From contig CAWCNY010000004.1 in the NCBI GenBank assembly GCA_963797095.1, positions 320,001 to 384,000 of the forward strand: a stretch of 64,000 nucleotides of DNA. The letters are read 5' to 3'. Origin of the DNA: an uncultured Chloroflexia bacterium. Lineage in GTDB: Bacteria > Chloroflexota > Chloroflexia > QHBQ01 > JADMIH01. Under the pieces are notes generated by a model, which saw only the letters and a program-made list of their open reading frames with translations, had not been told where the DNA came from and made no database searches. Positions 37,766 to 47,998 of the stretch are shown piece by piece; positions within the stretch are counted from its first letter, which is position 1; each line of letters opens with the position of its first letter. The position numbers were made by a program, and so were the translations under genes.

Positions 37766-39103
37766 CTACTTGCCCCGCAACACCTCGTGATACGCCTTAA
37801 TCCACGCTTCGATCTCGCCGTCCGGCCCCGCCGTCTGCCGCCGCGCATCGTCCACCCTTTGCATAATCTCCTGCTGGACATTTCGCGGGTGCGGAATCCC
37901 CGCGAACACAAACTCGGTCGCCTCCCCTGGTGTCTTGATCACCACGCTCCCATAATCGAGCAAGTTGGCAAGCGGCCCTGGGATCACGTACATCACGTCC
38001 GTGATCAAATTGATCAGCGTCTCCTTCGACTGCTCGCGCAGCCCAAAAGGCAGGCTCTCGATGTGGTACAACCTCTCGTGGTCCAGCTTGTACAGGTCGT
38101 TGCGCCAGTCCTCCCAGTTCCAGATCGTCCATGCCCCGCACACCGGCAGCAGCAAGAGCAACAACCACGTAAGCACACTCTCCACGGGCCCAACCACCCC
38201 CGGCTCGCCCAGCACAATCGAAAGCACCCACCCCACAAATACACTCCCCCAAACCAGCAGCGGCACCGCCAACCCTCGCACGAGAAATGCCCAGTGCTTG
38301 TGCCAGATACGCACAGCGGGCCACTTGCGTCGCGCCCCTACACCACTGGCCCTTCTGCTACCGGCCATGCCCTCTGCGTCCTGCCGCTTAACCCCCTCCC
38401 CCGGCACCCTACCAAGCACAATGGCCCGCACAGCCGACTTCCTCAGGTCCTCGGTCGGTGGCTTCACCGCCTCCATTGCCTTCTGCTGGCGAAAGATAGC
38501 CTCGCGCATATCCTTCGGTCGCGGCAGCGACTGAAAACGCAGTGTGCCCACCCCTGCCGTGTCCACCTCGATATCGCCAAAGTCCAGCGCCATCCCCAGC
38601 GCGTTCGGATATTTTGCGACCACATTCTGAACCTTGCCTATCGGCGCTTCCCTCCGCGTCTCCCGCAGGAAGAGCATCTTATCCATCACGATCACCCGCT
38701 CCGTTGTCAGGGCGATCCAGGCCTCGCGCCAGTCCAGCAATGCATATCCTGTCCACAACAACACCAGTAATCCGACCCCGAACCACACCGCCCACAACAA
38801 CGGCACAAGCCACGCAGGCGGCGCGTTGACCGCCACCAGCGGGTCAACGCTCAATCCGCTGAGAAAAGGCTCCACCAGCAAGAAGCTCATAACCCAAACT
38901 GAAAGCAACAACAGCGGCATAGCAAGCGCGCGCACCAGCACCACTGGATGCCTGCGCAACAGAAACACCACCCGCTCATCGGGCCTCCGGTCATGTATTA
39001 GCTCAGCATTTCGGGACGCGCGCGCCCCCTGCCGAGCGTTCCCGGCGCTCCCTGCTGTTCGACTTGGGCCAACTCGCATAACAGATTTCATGCTCGTAAG
39101 CAA
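37766..39103 (-). CDS. Membrane protein with two bacterial PH (bPH_2) domains
   Basis: Duplicated module: DERVVFLLRRH-TM-TM-LTTERVI...DFGDIEVDTAG and WHKHW-TM-TM-WRNDLY...DYGSVVIKTPG. Confidence 0.8.
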   Translation of the reverse strand: MLTSMKSVMRVGPSRTAGSAGNARQGARASRNAELIHDRRPDERVVFLLRRHPVVLVRALAMPLLLLSVWVMSFLLVEPFLSGLSVDPLVAVNAPPAWLVPLLWAVWFGVGLLVLLWTGYALLDWREAWIALTTERVIVMDKMLFLRETRREAPIGKVQNVVAKYPNALGMALDFGDIEVDTAGVGTLRFQSLPRPKDMREAIFRQQKAMEAVKPPTEDLRKSAVRAIVLGRVPGEGVKRQDAEGMAGSRRASGVGARRKWPAVRIWHKHWAFLVRGLAVPLLVWGSVFVGWVLSIVLGEPGVVGPVESVLTWLLLLLLPVCGAWTIWNWEDWRNDLYKLDHERLYHIESLPFGLREQSKETLINLITDVMYVIPGPLANLLDYGSVVIKTPGEATEFVFAGIPHPRNVQQEIMQRVDDARRQTAGPDGEIEAWIKAYHEVLRGK

Positions 39104-39194
39104 ATATTACACCCTGCCACAGACCGTGGCACAGATGTCCACACCCCGGTACTGTGGTACCCCGGCCGGAGGTCCGTACAAAGCTAGGATTCGG

Positions 39195-39405
39195 CGAAGG
39201 GGGTGCATGGGCACTCCCACGCCGACGGGTGCCCTCTGGGCGACAGTGGTGTCCCCCCAACTCTTCCCATGCTTACCAAAGCAAAAGGGGGTGCAGGGGT
39301 ACTCTCCTGCCGGGGGGATTGGGGGGACACCCCCCAACTCTACTTCTTCTTTTAGCTTCTCCCCTCGCCCCGTGTTCGGGGCGAGGGGCCGGGGTGAGGG
39401 GTGTT
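39195..39405. repeat. Cluster of G/C-rich REP-like hairpins
   Basis: TTGGGGGGACACCCCCCAA, CCCCTCGCCCCG-TGTT-CGGGGCGAGGGG and a duplicated AGGGGGTGCA...CCCCCCAACTCT unit. Confidence 0.55.
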
Positions 39406-39522
39406 AGCCTGCACTTATCAGCAGGTCTTAGTGAATGACCTGCCTGTGAAAGCGCCGGAGGTCTGTGGTCTCGCCCACCAATCCGGGCGGTGGCTCCCCC
39501 CAACAGAGTGTATAATCATCCT

Positions 39523-40038
39523 ATGGATGTAGATGGCGTCAGAATAGTCTGCCCTGCATGCGGCTCACAACTCGTGGTAATGCCCCGCGTTCAATACCTC
39601 GCGTGCAAACACTGCGGCAGCGAATACACCGTACAAAGGCGAGGCAACAGCGTTGGCCTGGAGCCATTCTCCGAAGAGCAATTCGAAATCAGCCAGAAGA
39701 TCGCCGAAGTCGAGCGCGCCCAGGGCGAAGGGTGCAGCAATGTCTTCTTCTGGATACTCCTCTTATCCGGCGTCCTATTCTGCGGCGTCGGCTTCCTCAG
39801 CCGTGCCCTCTTCCAGACCAGCATCCCTCTCATCGTCGGTTGGGCAGTCTCCATAACGGCCCTCGTCGCCGCTGCGGGCGTCCTCCTGCGCACCCTCAAC
39901 ACCCAGCGCGAAGAGCGTCTCAAGCTCGAAGCCCGCCAGGAAGAACTCTACCGAGAGGCTGCGTCAGACCATCCATCCACCCATGAGGAAGAAGGTGGCG
40001 AATACGGCTTGCAACATCCAACCCCCGCTCATGACTAA
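39523..40038 (+). CDS. Zinc-ribbon membrane protein, probably leaderless
   Basis: CPACG...CKHCG, two TM helices; TATAAT (39511-39516) 6 nt before ATG 39523 with no SD. Confidence 0.75.
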   Translation: MDVDGVRIVCPACGSQLVVMPRVQYLACKHCGSEYTVQRRGNSVGLEPFSEEQFEISQKIAEVERAQGEGCSNVFFWILLLSGVLFCGVGFLSRALFQTSIPLIVGWAVSITALVAAAGVLLRTLNTQREERLKLEARQEELYREAASDHPSTHEEEGGEYGLQHPTPAHD

Positions 40039-41319
40039 AGTATTCAGCCACGCGCGCTCGGCGCTCCACTTCCCCAGCAACAAGAAAGCCGGAAACGCCG
40101 CGATCAAGTACCGCCCCACCGATGCGAACGGATCGAAGTAGGTCGCCAGGGGACTGGTAAAACTCAATACAAGCGCGCTTGCCAGGTAGATCGTAAACGA
40201 CACCGGCAGACGCTTGACCGATGCCAGCGTCAGCACAAAGAACACAGGTATCGCCGCCACATCGATAATCACCCGCGCCTGGTTGAACGACCACTCCAAC
40301 TGCGCTGTGATAGAGTTCCAGGCCAGTGCAGGGATTTCCCACAACGGCACAAACGTATGCGCCCACGATGCCTCCACCTCCAAAAACAAGAAGGGATTCC
40401 CGAACACCAGCCCCAGGTGTAGCGCGAATAGCGCATTGGCGACCGGCACCGCCAGTACAATCGCCGCGCCCTGAGCCACGCTCCGCAACGACCACATCTT
40501 CTTCCACTCCCCCGAGAACACCCCATGCTGTCGGGCGAACTCCCACGCCAGCGGCAGCGCCAGTATGATCCCGGTCGGCCTCGCTAGCCCCGCCAGCAAC
40601 GCCAGCCCGGCCGAGGCATACCACCCACCCCGACGAGCGAAGTATATACTCAACACGGCCAATCCAAGAAACAGACCGTCCGGATAAGCGGCGGCAGTAA
40701 AGAACGAGAAGGGATAAGCCGAAAACACCAGCAGCACAAACGGAACAAAACGCAACCCAAGCTCGCGTGCCGTCACTAGCGCCAGCCCGATATACCCCAG
40801 CAACGCACCCAGGTTCCCAATAATAAGCGCCACGAGCAACCGTGGCTCGTTCCCTGTCCCGATTGTGACGCCATGTATCAGCAGCGGATAGAGAGGATAA
40901 AACGCGGCTCTCTGCGGGTCAGGCTCGTACCCCGTATTCGAGATCGGCATATACCAGCCCGTATCCCACTTATTCCAGCTTTGGAGCAATTCGTCCGGAA
41001 AAAAAGAGGGGCCAAGCCCCATCTTTATCGGGTCGAACCCCTGTGTGGTAAATATGACCGCTATATACGTGAAGACAACAAACACAATCCGCGTAACCAG
41101 CCACATCCCTGCTGCCTGCAAGGCAACCTTGCGCCAGTCAAACCCATCCGCCTGAGGATCAGCCGATGCACCGACCGGTTGCGAATCACGAGATTCCTCA
41201 ATCGGTTCGGCGCTGCCTGTAGATCCTTCCTCTACTCCTTGCTCTAGAGTGAGACTCTTCACGTCTTCCCTTGTGCACACAACGTAGTGCTTTTCACGCC
41301 TTATCCAGGGCCACAGCAA
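39964..41319 (-). CDS. GT-C mannosyltransferase family (PIG-V-like) membrane protein
   Basis: WNKWDTGWY..I...GY, AAFYPLYP, YPFSFF..AAYPDGLF, LARPTG, GRY; true start probably a little downstream. Confidence 0.85.
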   Translation of the reverse strand: MLWPWIRREKHYVVCTREDVKSLTLEQGVEEGSTGSAEPIEESRDSQPVGASADPQADGFDWRKVALQAAGMWLVTRIVFVVFTYIAVIFTTQGFDPIKMGLGPSFFPDELLQSWNKWDTGWYMPISNTGYEPDPQRAAFYPLYPLLIHGVTIGTGNEPRLLVALIIGNLGALLGYIGLALVTARELGLRFVPFVLLVFSAYPFSFFTAAAYPDGLFLGLAVLSIYFARRGGWYASAGLALLAGLARPTGIILALPLAWEFARQHGVFSGEWKKMWSLRSVAQGAAIVLAVPVANALFALHLGLVFGNPFLFLEVEASWAHTFVPLWEIPALAWNSITAQLEWSFNQARVIIDVAAIPVFFVLTLASVKRLPVSFTIYLASALVLSFTSPLATYFDPFASVGRYLIAAFPAFLLLGKWSAERAWLNTLVMSGGWMLQAVFATFFLMGGWMV

Positions 41320-42493
41320 GGTCCCGGATCAAATCCTGAGCGTCCTCAATTCCTACGCTGAGGCGCACCAGGTTATCCGGCACCTTGAGCGGTGAGTTCG
41401 CCACGCTGGCGTGGGTCATTATCCCAGGATGCTCGATCAGCGACTCTACCCCTCCCAGGCTCTCAGCGAGCGCAAACAGCCTGGTACTCTCCACTATCCG
41501 TCGTGCGCTCTCCATGCCGCCTCGCACCTCGAACGAGATCATACCCCCGAAGCAGCGCATTTGCCTCCCCGCCAGGTCATGCTGCGGGTGCGAAGGCAAA
41601 CCTGGGTAGCGCACGCGCTCCACCGCCGTATGCTGCTCCAAGAACTGTGCTATCCTTACCGCATTTGCCTCATGCGAGCGCATCCTGATCCCCAGCGTCT
41701 TGATCCCTCTCAGCACCAGGAAACAGTCCATTGGCCCCGGCACCGCTCCAACCGCGTTCTGAAGGTACTTGAGCTTCTCATAATCCGCGTCGTTCGACGT
41801 GACAACCAACCCACCAACCGCATCGCTGTGCCCACCCAAGTACTTGGTCGAGCTATGCACCACGATATCCGCGCCCATCGCCAGCGGCAACTGCCCATAA
41901 GGTGAAGCAAACGTATTATCCACTATCACCTTCAAACCATTCTCGCGAGCAATCGCAGACACCCCAGCAATATCAATCAACTTCATCAACGGGTTAGAAG
42001 GCGTCTCGATCCACACCGCCTTCGTCCCCTTCCCAACATGGCTGCGCACGTGTTCGGGATCGGTCAGGTCCATATAAGAAAAAGAGAGGCCGTAAGGCGC
42101 AAGCACCCGCTCGAACAGCCGGTAGGTCCCGCCGTACACATCATTAGACACAATAATATGGTCGCCCGGCGCGAACAGATACATAATTGTGGTCTCCGCT
42201 CCCATGCCGGAAGCGAAGGCCAACCCGTACTTGCCCTCCTCCAGCGACGCGATGCACTTTTCAAGCGCCGTACGCGTCGGGTTCCCCGTGCGCGAATACT
42301 CGTACCCCTTGTGCTGGCCCAGCCCCTCCTGCACATAAGTTGAGCTCTGATAAATCGGTACGATCACAGACCCCGTAGAAGGGTCCGGCTCCTGCCCTGC
42401 GTGTATAGCGCGAGTCTCGAACCCATATTGCTGATTACTCGCACTCCCCTCCGCCTCGTTCTCTACGCCTTCATTGCCATCTTTGTCAGCCAT
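41294..42493 (-). CDS. Cystathionine gamma-synthase/gamma-lyase (PLP-dependent trans-sulfuration enzyme)
   Basis: FETRAIHAGQ, YSRTGNPT, FASGM, IETPSNP, VDNTF, HSSTKYLGGHSD, AESLGGVESL, RLSVGIE. Confidence 0.95.
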   Translation of the reverse strand: MADKDGNEGVENEAEGSASNQQYGFETRAIHAGQEPDPSTGSVIVPIYQSSTYVQEGLGQHKGYEYSRTGNPTRTALEKCIASLEEGKYGLAFASGMGAETTIMYLFAPGDHIIVSNDVYGGTYRLFERVLAPYGLSFSYMDLTDPEHVRSHVGKGTKAVWIETPSNPLMKLIDIAGVSAIARENGLKVIVDNTFASPYGQLPLAMGADIVVHSSTKYLGGHSDAVGGLVVTSNDADYEKLKYLQNAVGAVPGPMDCFLVLRGIKTLGIRMRSHEANAVRIAQFLEQHTAVERVRYPGLPSHPQHDLAGRQMRCFGGMISFEVRGGMESARRIVESTRLFALAESLGGVESLIEHPGIMTHASVANSPLKVPDNLVRLSVGIEDAQDLIRDLAVALDKA

Positions 42494-42520
42494 CTTTGAC
42501 TCCTGAGGTATGCTAGCAAC

Positions 42521-42549
42521 ATTCTAGAGGCGACATCCCTTACTGTCAA
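42521..42549 (-). promoter_or_regulatory. Sigma70 promoter TTGACA-17-TAGAAT for the cystathionine lyase gene
   Basis: -35 at 42549-42544, -10 at 42526-42521, AGGAG SD before ATG 42493. Confidence 0.75.
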
Positions 42550-42618
42550 CTCACACTCACCAAGTAAGCAGGGCTGAAGCAAAGTCGGTATCGGACACAC
42601 CAGGTTTGGATCTACACA

Positions 42619-43368
42619 GTGCGCCCTTTAACGGCGTGATAGATTGCTCCTGAGGAGTTGTACTTGGACAACGGTGCAAGGACTACGCGGCAGGCGTCTC
42701 GCCTCGGCAAGTTGAGAGGTCTGAAGCCCGCGAACAAAAGTTCGGCTGCTGCTAGCCACAAGCGGTTGACCGACCAGTCCTGTGACCTATGCTGACGAGA
42801 GAAACCTGCGTTTGAGGCGTCGTCATCCAAAACAGGTGTAAGTGGCTGATACACCTAACCCAAAATGGGAAGGCGGCGGCTGATTGGCCTGTGTACCAAC
42901 TCAGTGTTGTCTCCAACCCGCCCGGCGTATAGCAGGCAGCTAAGGGTCACTTGATACGTCTATCACGTTGGAACTGGGGAACTCCCACCTCTTCTACCGA
43001 GGCAACTCGGCTGCGAAAATGCCAGCAGAGGGGTAAGGAGGACGGAGGCGGCGTAGTAGCCAATTGGCCGCAAAGTAAAAAGAAAAGATGTAAACAAAGG
43101 AAAGGCCATAATGCCCAGCTCTAATCGTTGGGACAGGGTGAAGGTCCGCCAGGGGAAGCGATGGGAGAAGCAAGCAAACAGACTTCAGTGCGGAAAGCAG
43201 ATGACGGTCGGCAGCGATAAGCATAAGTCCGGCTGGTGCGCCGCACAGTCGGCAACGACATGTCTGCACTTGGTCAGTACCACCGTCCAACTGGAAAGCG
43301 ACGTGCGGTGAAAGTCGCATGCGTCGTTTGGAGCGGGGGAAAGGTTGTAAGACCCTACCTATCGCTAC
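42619..43368 (+). mobile_element. ORF-less group II intron (750 nt)
   Basis: 5' GTGCG; domain V AAGCGACGTGCGGTGAAAGTCGCATGCGTCGTTT (43296-43329, AGC triad, GAAA loop); domain VI ending CTATCGCTAC; EBS1 TGTGTA (42890-42895) and EBS2 ATCCAAA (42825-42831) complementary to 5' flank TACACA and TTTGGAT; no RT ORF. Confidence 0.9.
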
Positions 43369-43415
43369 AAAAAGGAAATGGGTGCATGAGGACCCAACCA
43401 GACCCCATGCACCCC
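43369..43415 (-). terminator. Rho-independent terminator-like hairpin for the DUF5680-like gene
   Basis: GGGTGCATG...CATGCACCC stem followed on the minus strand by ATTTCCTTTT, abutting the intron 3' end. Confidence 0.5.
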
Positions 43416-43511
43416 CTTCCCCATACCTAAAACCTAAAACTTCAAACCCAAATCCCCAAAAACCTTCGTGCCCTTAGTACTCCTTCGCATCTTCGTGTAC
43501 AAAGATCCAAA

Positions 43512-43730
43512 TACGCAATACGCAGTACGCAGTACGCAGTACGCAGTACGCAGTACGCAGTACGCAGTACGCAGTACGCAGTACGCAGTACGCAGTACGC
43601 AGTACGCAGTACGCAGTACGCAGTACGCAGTACGCAGTACGCAGTACGCAGTACGCAGTACGCAGTACGCAGTACGCAATACGCAGTACGCAGTACGCAG
43701 TACGCAATACGCAGTACGCAGTACGCAGTA
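43512..43730. repeat. Heptamer tandem repeat TACGCAG (some TACGCAA), ~31 copies
   Basis: Directly visible; no spacers. Confidence 0.97.
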
Positions 43731-43753
43731 CCAACAACCCTTCATGCCGATCT

Positions 43754-44269
43754 CTACCGAATAAACCCACCCACATACCACAGGTGGTACACCAGCGACC
43801 CCCTGTACTTGATCGTCTCTTCCCCAAGAAATTCGGCAAGGTGCCCCAATGGGTGGTTAGAATACTCGAACCCGTAGTACTCATAGTGCAAAGGCCCCCT
43901 GAATGGCAGGTCTTCGTTCACCTGCGCCAGTGCCGCCCTCAGCACGGCATAGATCCATTGCGGCTGCAAGTCCCACATATAGTGGTTGATCAAGCCTCCC
44001 GAATATCCCATCCCCCACACCGGGCGGCTGTCATAGTGCACCACTTCCTGTCCGGAGAATCGCTCGAAGCCAAAGAAGCTGTTGTTATATGCGAAAAGCC
44101 CGCGCATATATTGCAGCTGTGACGCACCGGGCAGCGCCCCCTGCAATATGCCAGGGTTAGCCACCGGGCGGGCGCTGCGCTTCGCCTCCACCAGAAACTG
44201 CGTGAATGCTAAATTGTCGAATGGAGTTGTTTCGCGCTCCCTGCCAACTAAATCGTTCATGACTGTCAC
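43754..44269 (-). CDS. DUF5680-like protein
   Basis: FLVEAKR...[17 protein letters not shown]...PVWGMGYSG...LRAAL...PFRGP...FLGEETI...YVGGFIR; AGGAG SD. Confidence 0.75.
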   Translation of the reverse strand: MTVMNDLVGRERETTPFDNLAFTQFLVEAKRSARPVANPGILQGALPGASQLQYMRGLFAYNNSFFGFERFSGQEVVHYDSRPVWGMGYSGGLINHYMWDLQPQWIYAVLRAALAQVNEDLPFRGPLHYEYYGFEYSNHPLGHLAEFLGEETIKYRGSLVYHLWYVGGFIR

Positions 44270-44325
44270 AATTATCTCCTTGGAACGTGATATGTCAAGC
44301 GTGAGACCTTACGCCTTTTCACAAA

Positions 44326-45672
44326 TCAGGCTTGTTCCCGCGCTCTCCACCTCAAGCGCGCCACGTATACGAGCGCAAGCATAGTTAGGGACTGCACTAT
44401 CACAGGATACTCTTTGCCGCCCAGGCCCGCCTGAACAGCAACTACGATCAACGGCAGAACCGCTATCCAGCCGTAAATCGCTACGCGCCACAACTTCCAA
44501 CCACGCCCACCCTGTTCATCGGGCAACCCGCTTGCCGCCAGCATCAGCAAAGCTGGGAAAAGAAGAAGAATATGCTCATAGCCAAGCAAATAAGGACTGA
44601 TTACGCTATTTATCACGATCGTCAGCGCCAGGCTCATAGGCACAGGCGATCCAAGGTCAAGCAAGTCATGCCGCCACTGTGGCAGCAAAGCAGCCAGTCC
44701 AACCACTGTCAGAAGGGCCGCCACTGCCAACCACGGCAAGCCGTCGCCCAGCCACTGGTAGCTCACTCCCCACACCGAAGCCGACACCTGTACCTGGCTT
44801 CCCGCCTGCCCGCCCAGCACGATCCTCAACCAGTCGCCCAGCGACGAAGGGTACGCAATCATGGGAACAAACAGAAGAAACGCCAGCGACCCTGCGCCCC
44901 AGGCCGGGATCGCCCATCGCCGGCGGTTGATCGCCCACAACATCACCAACAGCACCGCCAAACCAACCGCCTGGGGCTTGGTCGCCAGTAGTGCCAGCCC
45001 AACCCCCACCAGCCCATCACGCAAGCCCGGCTGAGACCGCTCCCCTGCCAGGCATCCCCAGGTGCCTACCAGTATCGCGAACTCGATGATCGAGAACTGC
45101 CCGATATACACGGTAAGCAAGCTCTCCCGGTAAAGCATGCTCACCAACACCGTCAAAACAATAGCCATCACCGCAGCCGCACGCCCCGACCGGAAAGCTG
45201 GGCTAGACACCCGTAGCAATTGCACGATCCCCCATACCAGCAAAAGCATATTGAGCGCGCGCCACAAAGCCAGCGCCACCGTCAGCGGCAGCAGCGCGAA
45301 CGGAGTAAACGCCAGCGCCATCCACATCGGGTAGATAAAGTGATATTGTGCACCGCTATTGAAGGCGGTAGCACCGTCGAAGCTCGGAGCATAACTCCCC
45401 AGCGCACTACTTACCTGCTCGCTCGAAGGGTCATAAGGGTCCGCACCGTTCAGCAGCAGCCGCGAAGGCAGCCATACATTCTGAGTGAAATCGTTCTTCA
45501 CTCCGGTGCCCTGCCCCCACGCCGACATCACCCAGAAGGCAAGCGCGAAAGCCACCACCCATCCCACCACGCGCATTCCGCCTTGCACACGCGCAGATAC
45601 TCCACTTCCCACTGCGGAAGTAAGCACAGGCTGCGAGCCACTATTGAGCGTAGCGGTATCAGAAACGGGCAA
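44326..45672 (-). CDS. GT-C glycosyltransferase (family 87/DUF2029-like)
   Basis: NDF...LLNGADPY, FIYP...FTPFALLP, GQ, LATKPQ; many TM helices. Confidence 0.8.
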   Translation of the reverse strand: MPVSDTATLNSGSQPVLTSAVGSGVSARVQGGMRVVGWVVAFALAFWVMSAWGQGTGVKNDFTQNVWLPSRLLLNGADPYDPSSEQVSSALGSYAPSFDGATAFNSGAQYHFIYPMWMALAFTPFALLPLTVALALWRALNMLLLVWGIVQLLRVSSPAFRSGRAAAVMAIVLTVLVSMLYRESLLTVYIGQFSIIEFAILVGTWGCLAGERSQPGLRDGLVGVGLALLATKPQAVGLAVLLVMLWAINRRRWAIPAWGAGSLAFLLFVPMIAYPSSLGDWLRIVLGGQAGSQVQVSASVWGVSYQWLGDGLPWLAVAALLTVVGLAALLPQWRHDLLDLGSPVPMSLALTIVINSVISPYLLGYEHILLLFPALLMLAASGLPDEQGGRGWKLWRVAIYGWIAVLPLIVVAVQAGLGGKEYPVIVQSLTMLALVYVARLRWRAREQA

Positions 45673-45824
45673 GGAGATGCACCTCTGGAAACCCCAGTTT
45701 CTCCGAGTATAGCACCCCGATTCCGGCGGTGTAAATACCCCATTTGGTATAACTCGCGTGGGCCAATGGTAACGGTCCGCAACGTCATTGGAGGCCTTTG
45801 GCGAGTGCCAATCCTACTACGTCC

Positions 45825-47366
45825 CTACCCTCCGCCCCTAACAGACGCACTCCCAAGCGCCACCGCCAGCCGCCGCACACCCGCTCTTATTTCCGCCTCT
45901 GCCACTCCCGTATACCCAAGCAACAGCCCCGGTGCGCCACCCTTCCCCAGGTAGAATGTCGAAAGAGCAGGCGCGACCACACCCTCTTCCAATGCCCTCG
46001 CTGAAACAGCCACATCGTCCACCCCGTCGCCCAGCCACCCGATCAGGTGCATCCCCGCGTCCGCCGGGCTTACCTCCAACATCCCTTCCAACTCCTTCCC
46101 CGCAGCCTCCACAAGAATCGCCTGCCGCTCCGCATACAAAGCCCGCATCCGCCGTATGTGCCGCGCGAAGTGTCCTTCCGCAATGAAGTCGGTAAGGACT
46201 ACCTGCTCAGGCGTCGGAGAATGCACATCGGTACGTGCCCGCATCGCCACGAACGAGTCCACCAGGTCGGGCGGAGCCACCAGATAGCCTATCCTCAAGG
46301 AAGGAAATAGCACCTTGCTGAACGACCCTACATAGATCACTCGCGCCTCGTTATCTACACCTTGCAGCGCGGCCAGGGGCCTATTCGCATACCTGTATTC
46401 GCTGTTGTAGTCATCTTCCAGTACCCACGCGTCCGCCTGCACCGCCCACTCCAGCAGCGCCAACCGTCGTGCAAGGCTCATAGTCATCCCAAGCGGATAC
46501 TGGCACGACGGCGACACGCAAACCAACCGCACATGCGGCGCTCGTTCAATCCCTTCAGAAACAACCAATCCCTCACCGTCCACTGGCACACCCACAAGGC
46601 GTATACTGGAGCTAAGCAGCGCTCCCTTCACACCCTGGTAGCCCGGGTCTTCTACCCACGCCGTATCTCCAGGGTCAAGCAACACCCGCGCCGCCAGGTC
46701 AAGCGCCTGCTGCGACCCCGCAGTGATAACAATCTGGCCAGGTGCGCACCGCACCCCCCGCGCCGCACCCAGATATGCCGCTACCGCCTCCCGCAAAGGC
46801 CTGTATCCCGCAGGGTCGCCTGGCCTCAGCAGGTCCGGCGATGGGTTTCGCCAGTGCCTCGCGAGCAGTCCCGCCCAGATACGAAATGGAAACTCATCGA
46901 GAGCGGGCAGCCCTGGCTGAAATGCGCGTGGCATTTCTCGAAAACTCACCTGTCCCCCGGGCATTCCCGACACCTGCCGCCCCCGCCTCGAGATCTCACG
47001 CCCGCTGTGCGGAACCCCGCCTTTCCCATCAGGCGGGACGGCCACATTCAGCACCTGCTCTGGCAGCACCCGCGCTACGTAAGTGCCCGCCCCTACCTTT
47101 CCTTCCATATACCCTTCCGCCAGCAATTGGTCGAACGCGCTGACAACGGTGTTTCTCGACACCCCAAGTTCTCCCGACAGCGCGCGCGTCGAAGGCAGAC
47201 GCAATCCGCCCGCCAGCCGCCCCGATAGGATCGCTTCTCGCAGATAATCGTACAACTGCCGTTGCATCGGCACCTCGGACCACCGTTCAAGCACAACGGG
47301 CACAAATGGCATAGCATTAGACTGTTTCACCGGGTCATCCTCCACAACAGAACCGGCGCTTCGCAT
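45825..47366 (-). CDS. pdxR: MocR/PdxR-type GntR regulator with PLP aminotransferase-like domain
   Basis: LPSTRALS.ELGVSRNTV, ITAGSQQAL, EDPGY, CQYPLG, EDDY.SEYRY, GSFSKVLFPSLRIG; divergent from pdxS/pdxT. Confidence 0.85.
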   Translation of the reverse strand: MRSAGSVVEDDPVKQSNAMPFVPVVLERWSEVPMQRQLYDYLREAILSGRLAGGLRLPSTRALSGELGVSRNTVVSAFDQLLAEGYMEGKVGAGTYVARVLPEQVLNVAVPPDGKGGVPHSGREISRRGRQVSGMPGGQVSFREMPRAFQPGLPALDEFPFRIWAGLLARHWRNPSPDLLRPGDPAGYRPLREAVAAYLGAARGVRCAPGQIVITAGSQQALDLAARVLLDPGDTAWVEDPGYQGVKGALLSSSIRLVGVPVDGEGLVVSEGIERAPHVRLVCVSPSCQYPLGMTMSLARRLALLEWAVQADAWVLEDDYNSEYRYANRPLAALQGVDNEARVIYVGSFSKVLFPSLRIGYLVAPPDLVDSFVAMRARTDVHSPTPEQVVLTDFIAEGHFARHIRRMRALYAERQAILVEAAGKELEGMLEVSPADAGMHLIGWLGDGVDDVAVSARALEEGVVAPALSTFYLGKGGAPGLLLGYTGVAEAEIRAGVRRLAVALGSASVRGGG

Positions 47367-47448
47367 CAGAAATTGGTACTACCAAAATAGCCGAGAGTGG
47401 CCCTTGTGTCAATACCATTTGAGAGGATAAGATGTTAACACGAGCAAA

Positions 47449-47935
47449 ATGACACCATTCATGGAAACTGAAGCGTTAACCATTCAAATAAGACGTGCAA
47501 CACTCGCCGACGCCGAATCCATCGCGACTCTGTTGCACGATGCGTTTCGCGAGTACAGGTCGTCTTACACGAAGCGTGCCTTCGAGGCCACCACGCCCAA
47601 AGCCCACCGAATTGTCGCCCGCCTGGGCGAAGGCCCCGTGGCTGGCACTAGATGGCCCCACCGTCGTCGGCACCGTGTCTGCCACGCCGCGCAACGGCGG
47701 GCTGTACATCAGGAGCATGGCCGTCTTGCCCTCTGCGCGCGGCAAATCGATCGGCAATCTGCTCCTGGCCCAGGTAGAACAATACGCGCGCCTCTTCTTG
47801 AGCACCACACCCTTCCTGACCCGCGCCATCCGCCTGTACGAACGCTGGGGGTTTCACACGAAAAGCCGGTGGCACTGACACACTTTTCGGCACTCCCCTT
47901 TCCAGCATGGAGAAACACTTGGACTACAGGAGGCG
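47449..47935 (+). pseudogene. Frameshifted GNAT acetyltransferase
   Basis: N-half (IRRAT..DAESIA...RLGEGP) and C-half (WLALDG..VVGT...IRSMAVLPSARGKSIG..LL...LSTTPFLTRAIRLYERWGF) lie in different frames switching near 47640; an apparent short deletion and a further shift follow. Confidence 0.7.
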
Positions 47936-47998
47936 CACTCTCGCTTGCCTCTTACTGACCTTGAAGGTACAATTAGATCAGATCAACGGAGGATCAAA

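Noticed and set aside
42494-42620. SAM riboswitch or T-box upstream of the cystathionine lyase
   Set aside because: The promoter lies only ~30 nt above the start codon, leaving no room, and no conserved riboswitch motifs were seen.
43111-43311. 66-aa ORF inside the group II intron as a maturase remnant
   Set aside because: No RT motifs; it overlaps structured intron domains including domain V.
42619-43415. Class C (terminator-targeting) assignment for the intron
   Set aside because: The hairpin is on the 3' side, and the intron has both EBS1 and EBS2 pairings, unlike class C.
43512-43730. Possible CRISPR array, given the Cas4-like gene in the window
   Set aside because: Pure 7-bp tandem repeat with no unique spacers and no cas1/cas2.
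43434-43884. ORFs with STQYAVR / VLRTAYC repeats
   Set aside because: By-products of a stop-free heptamer repeat; no SD or coding signal.
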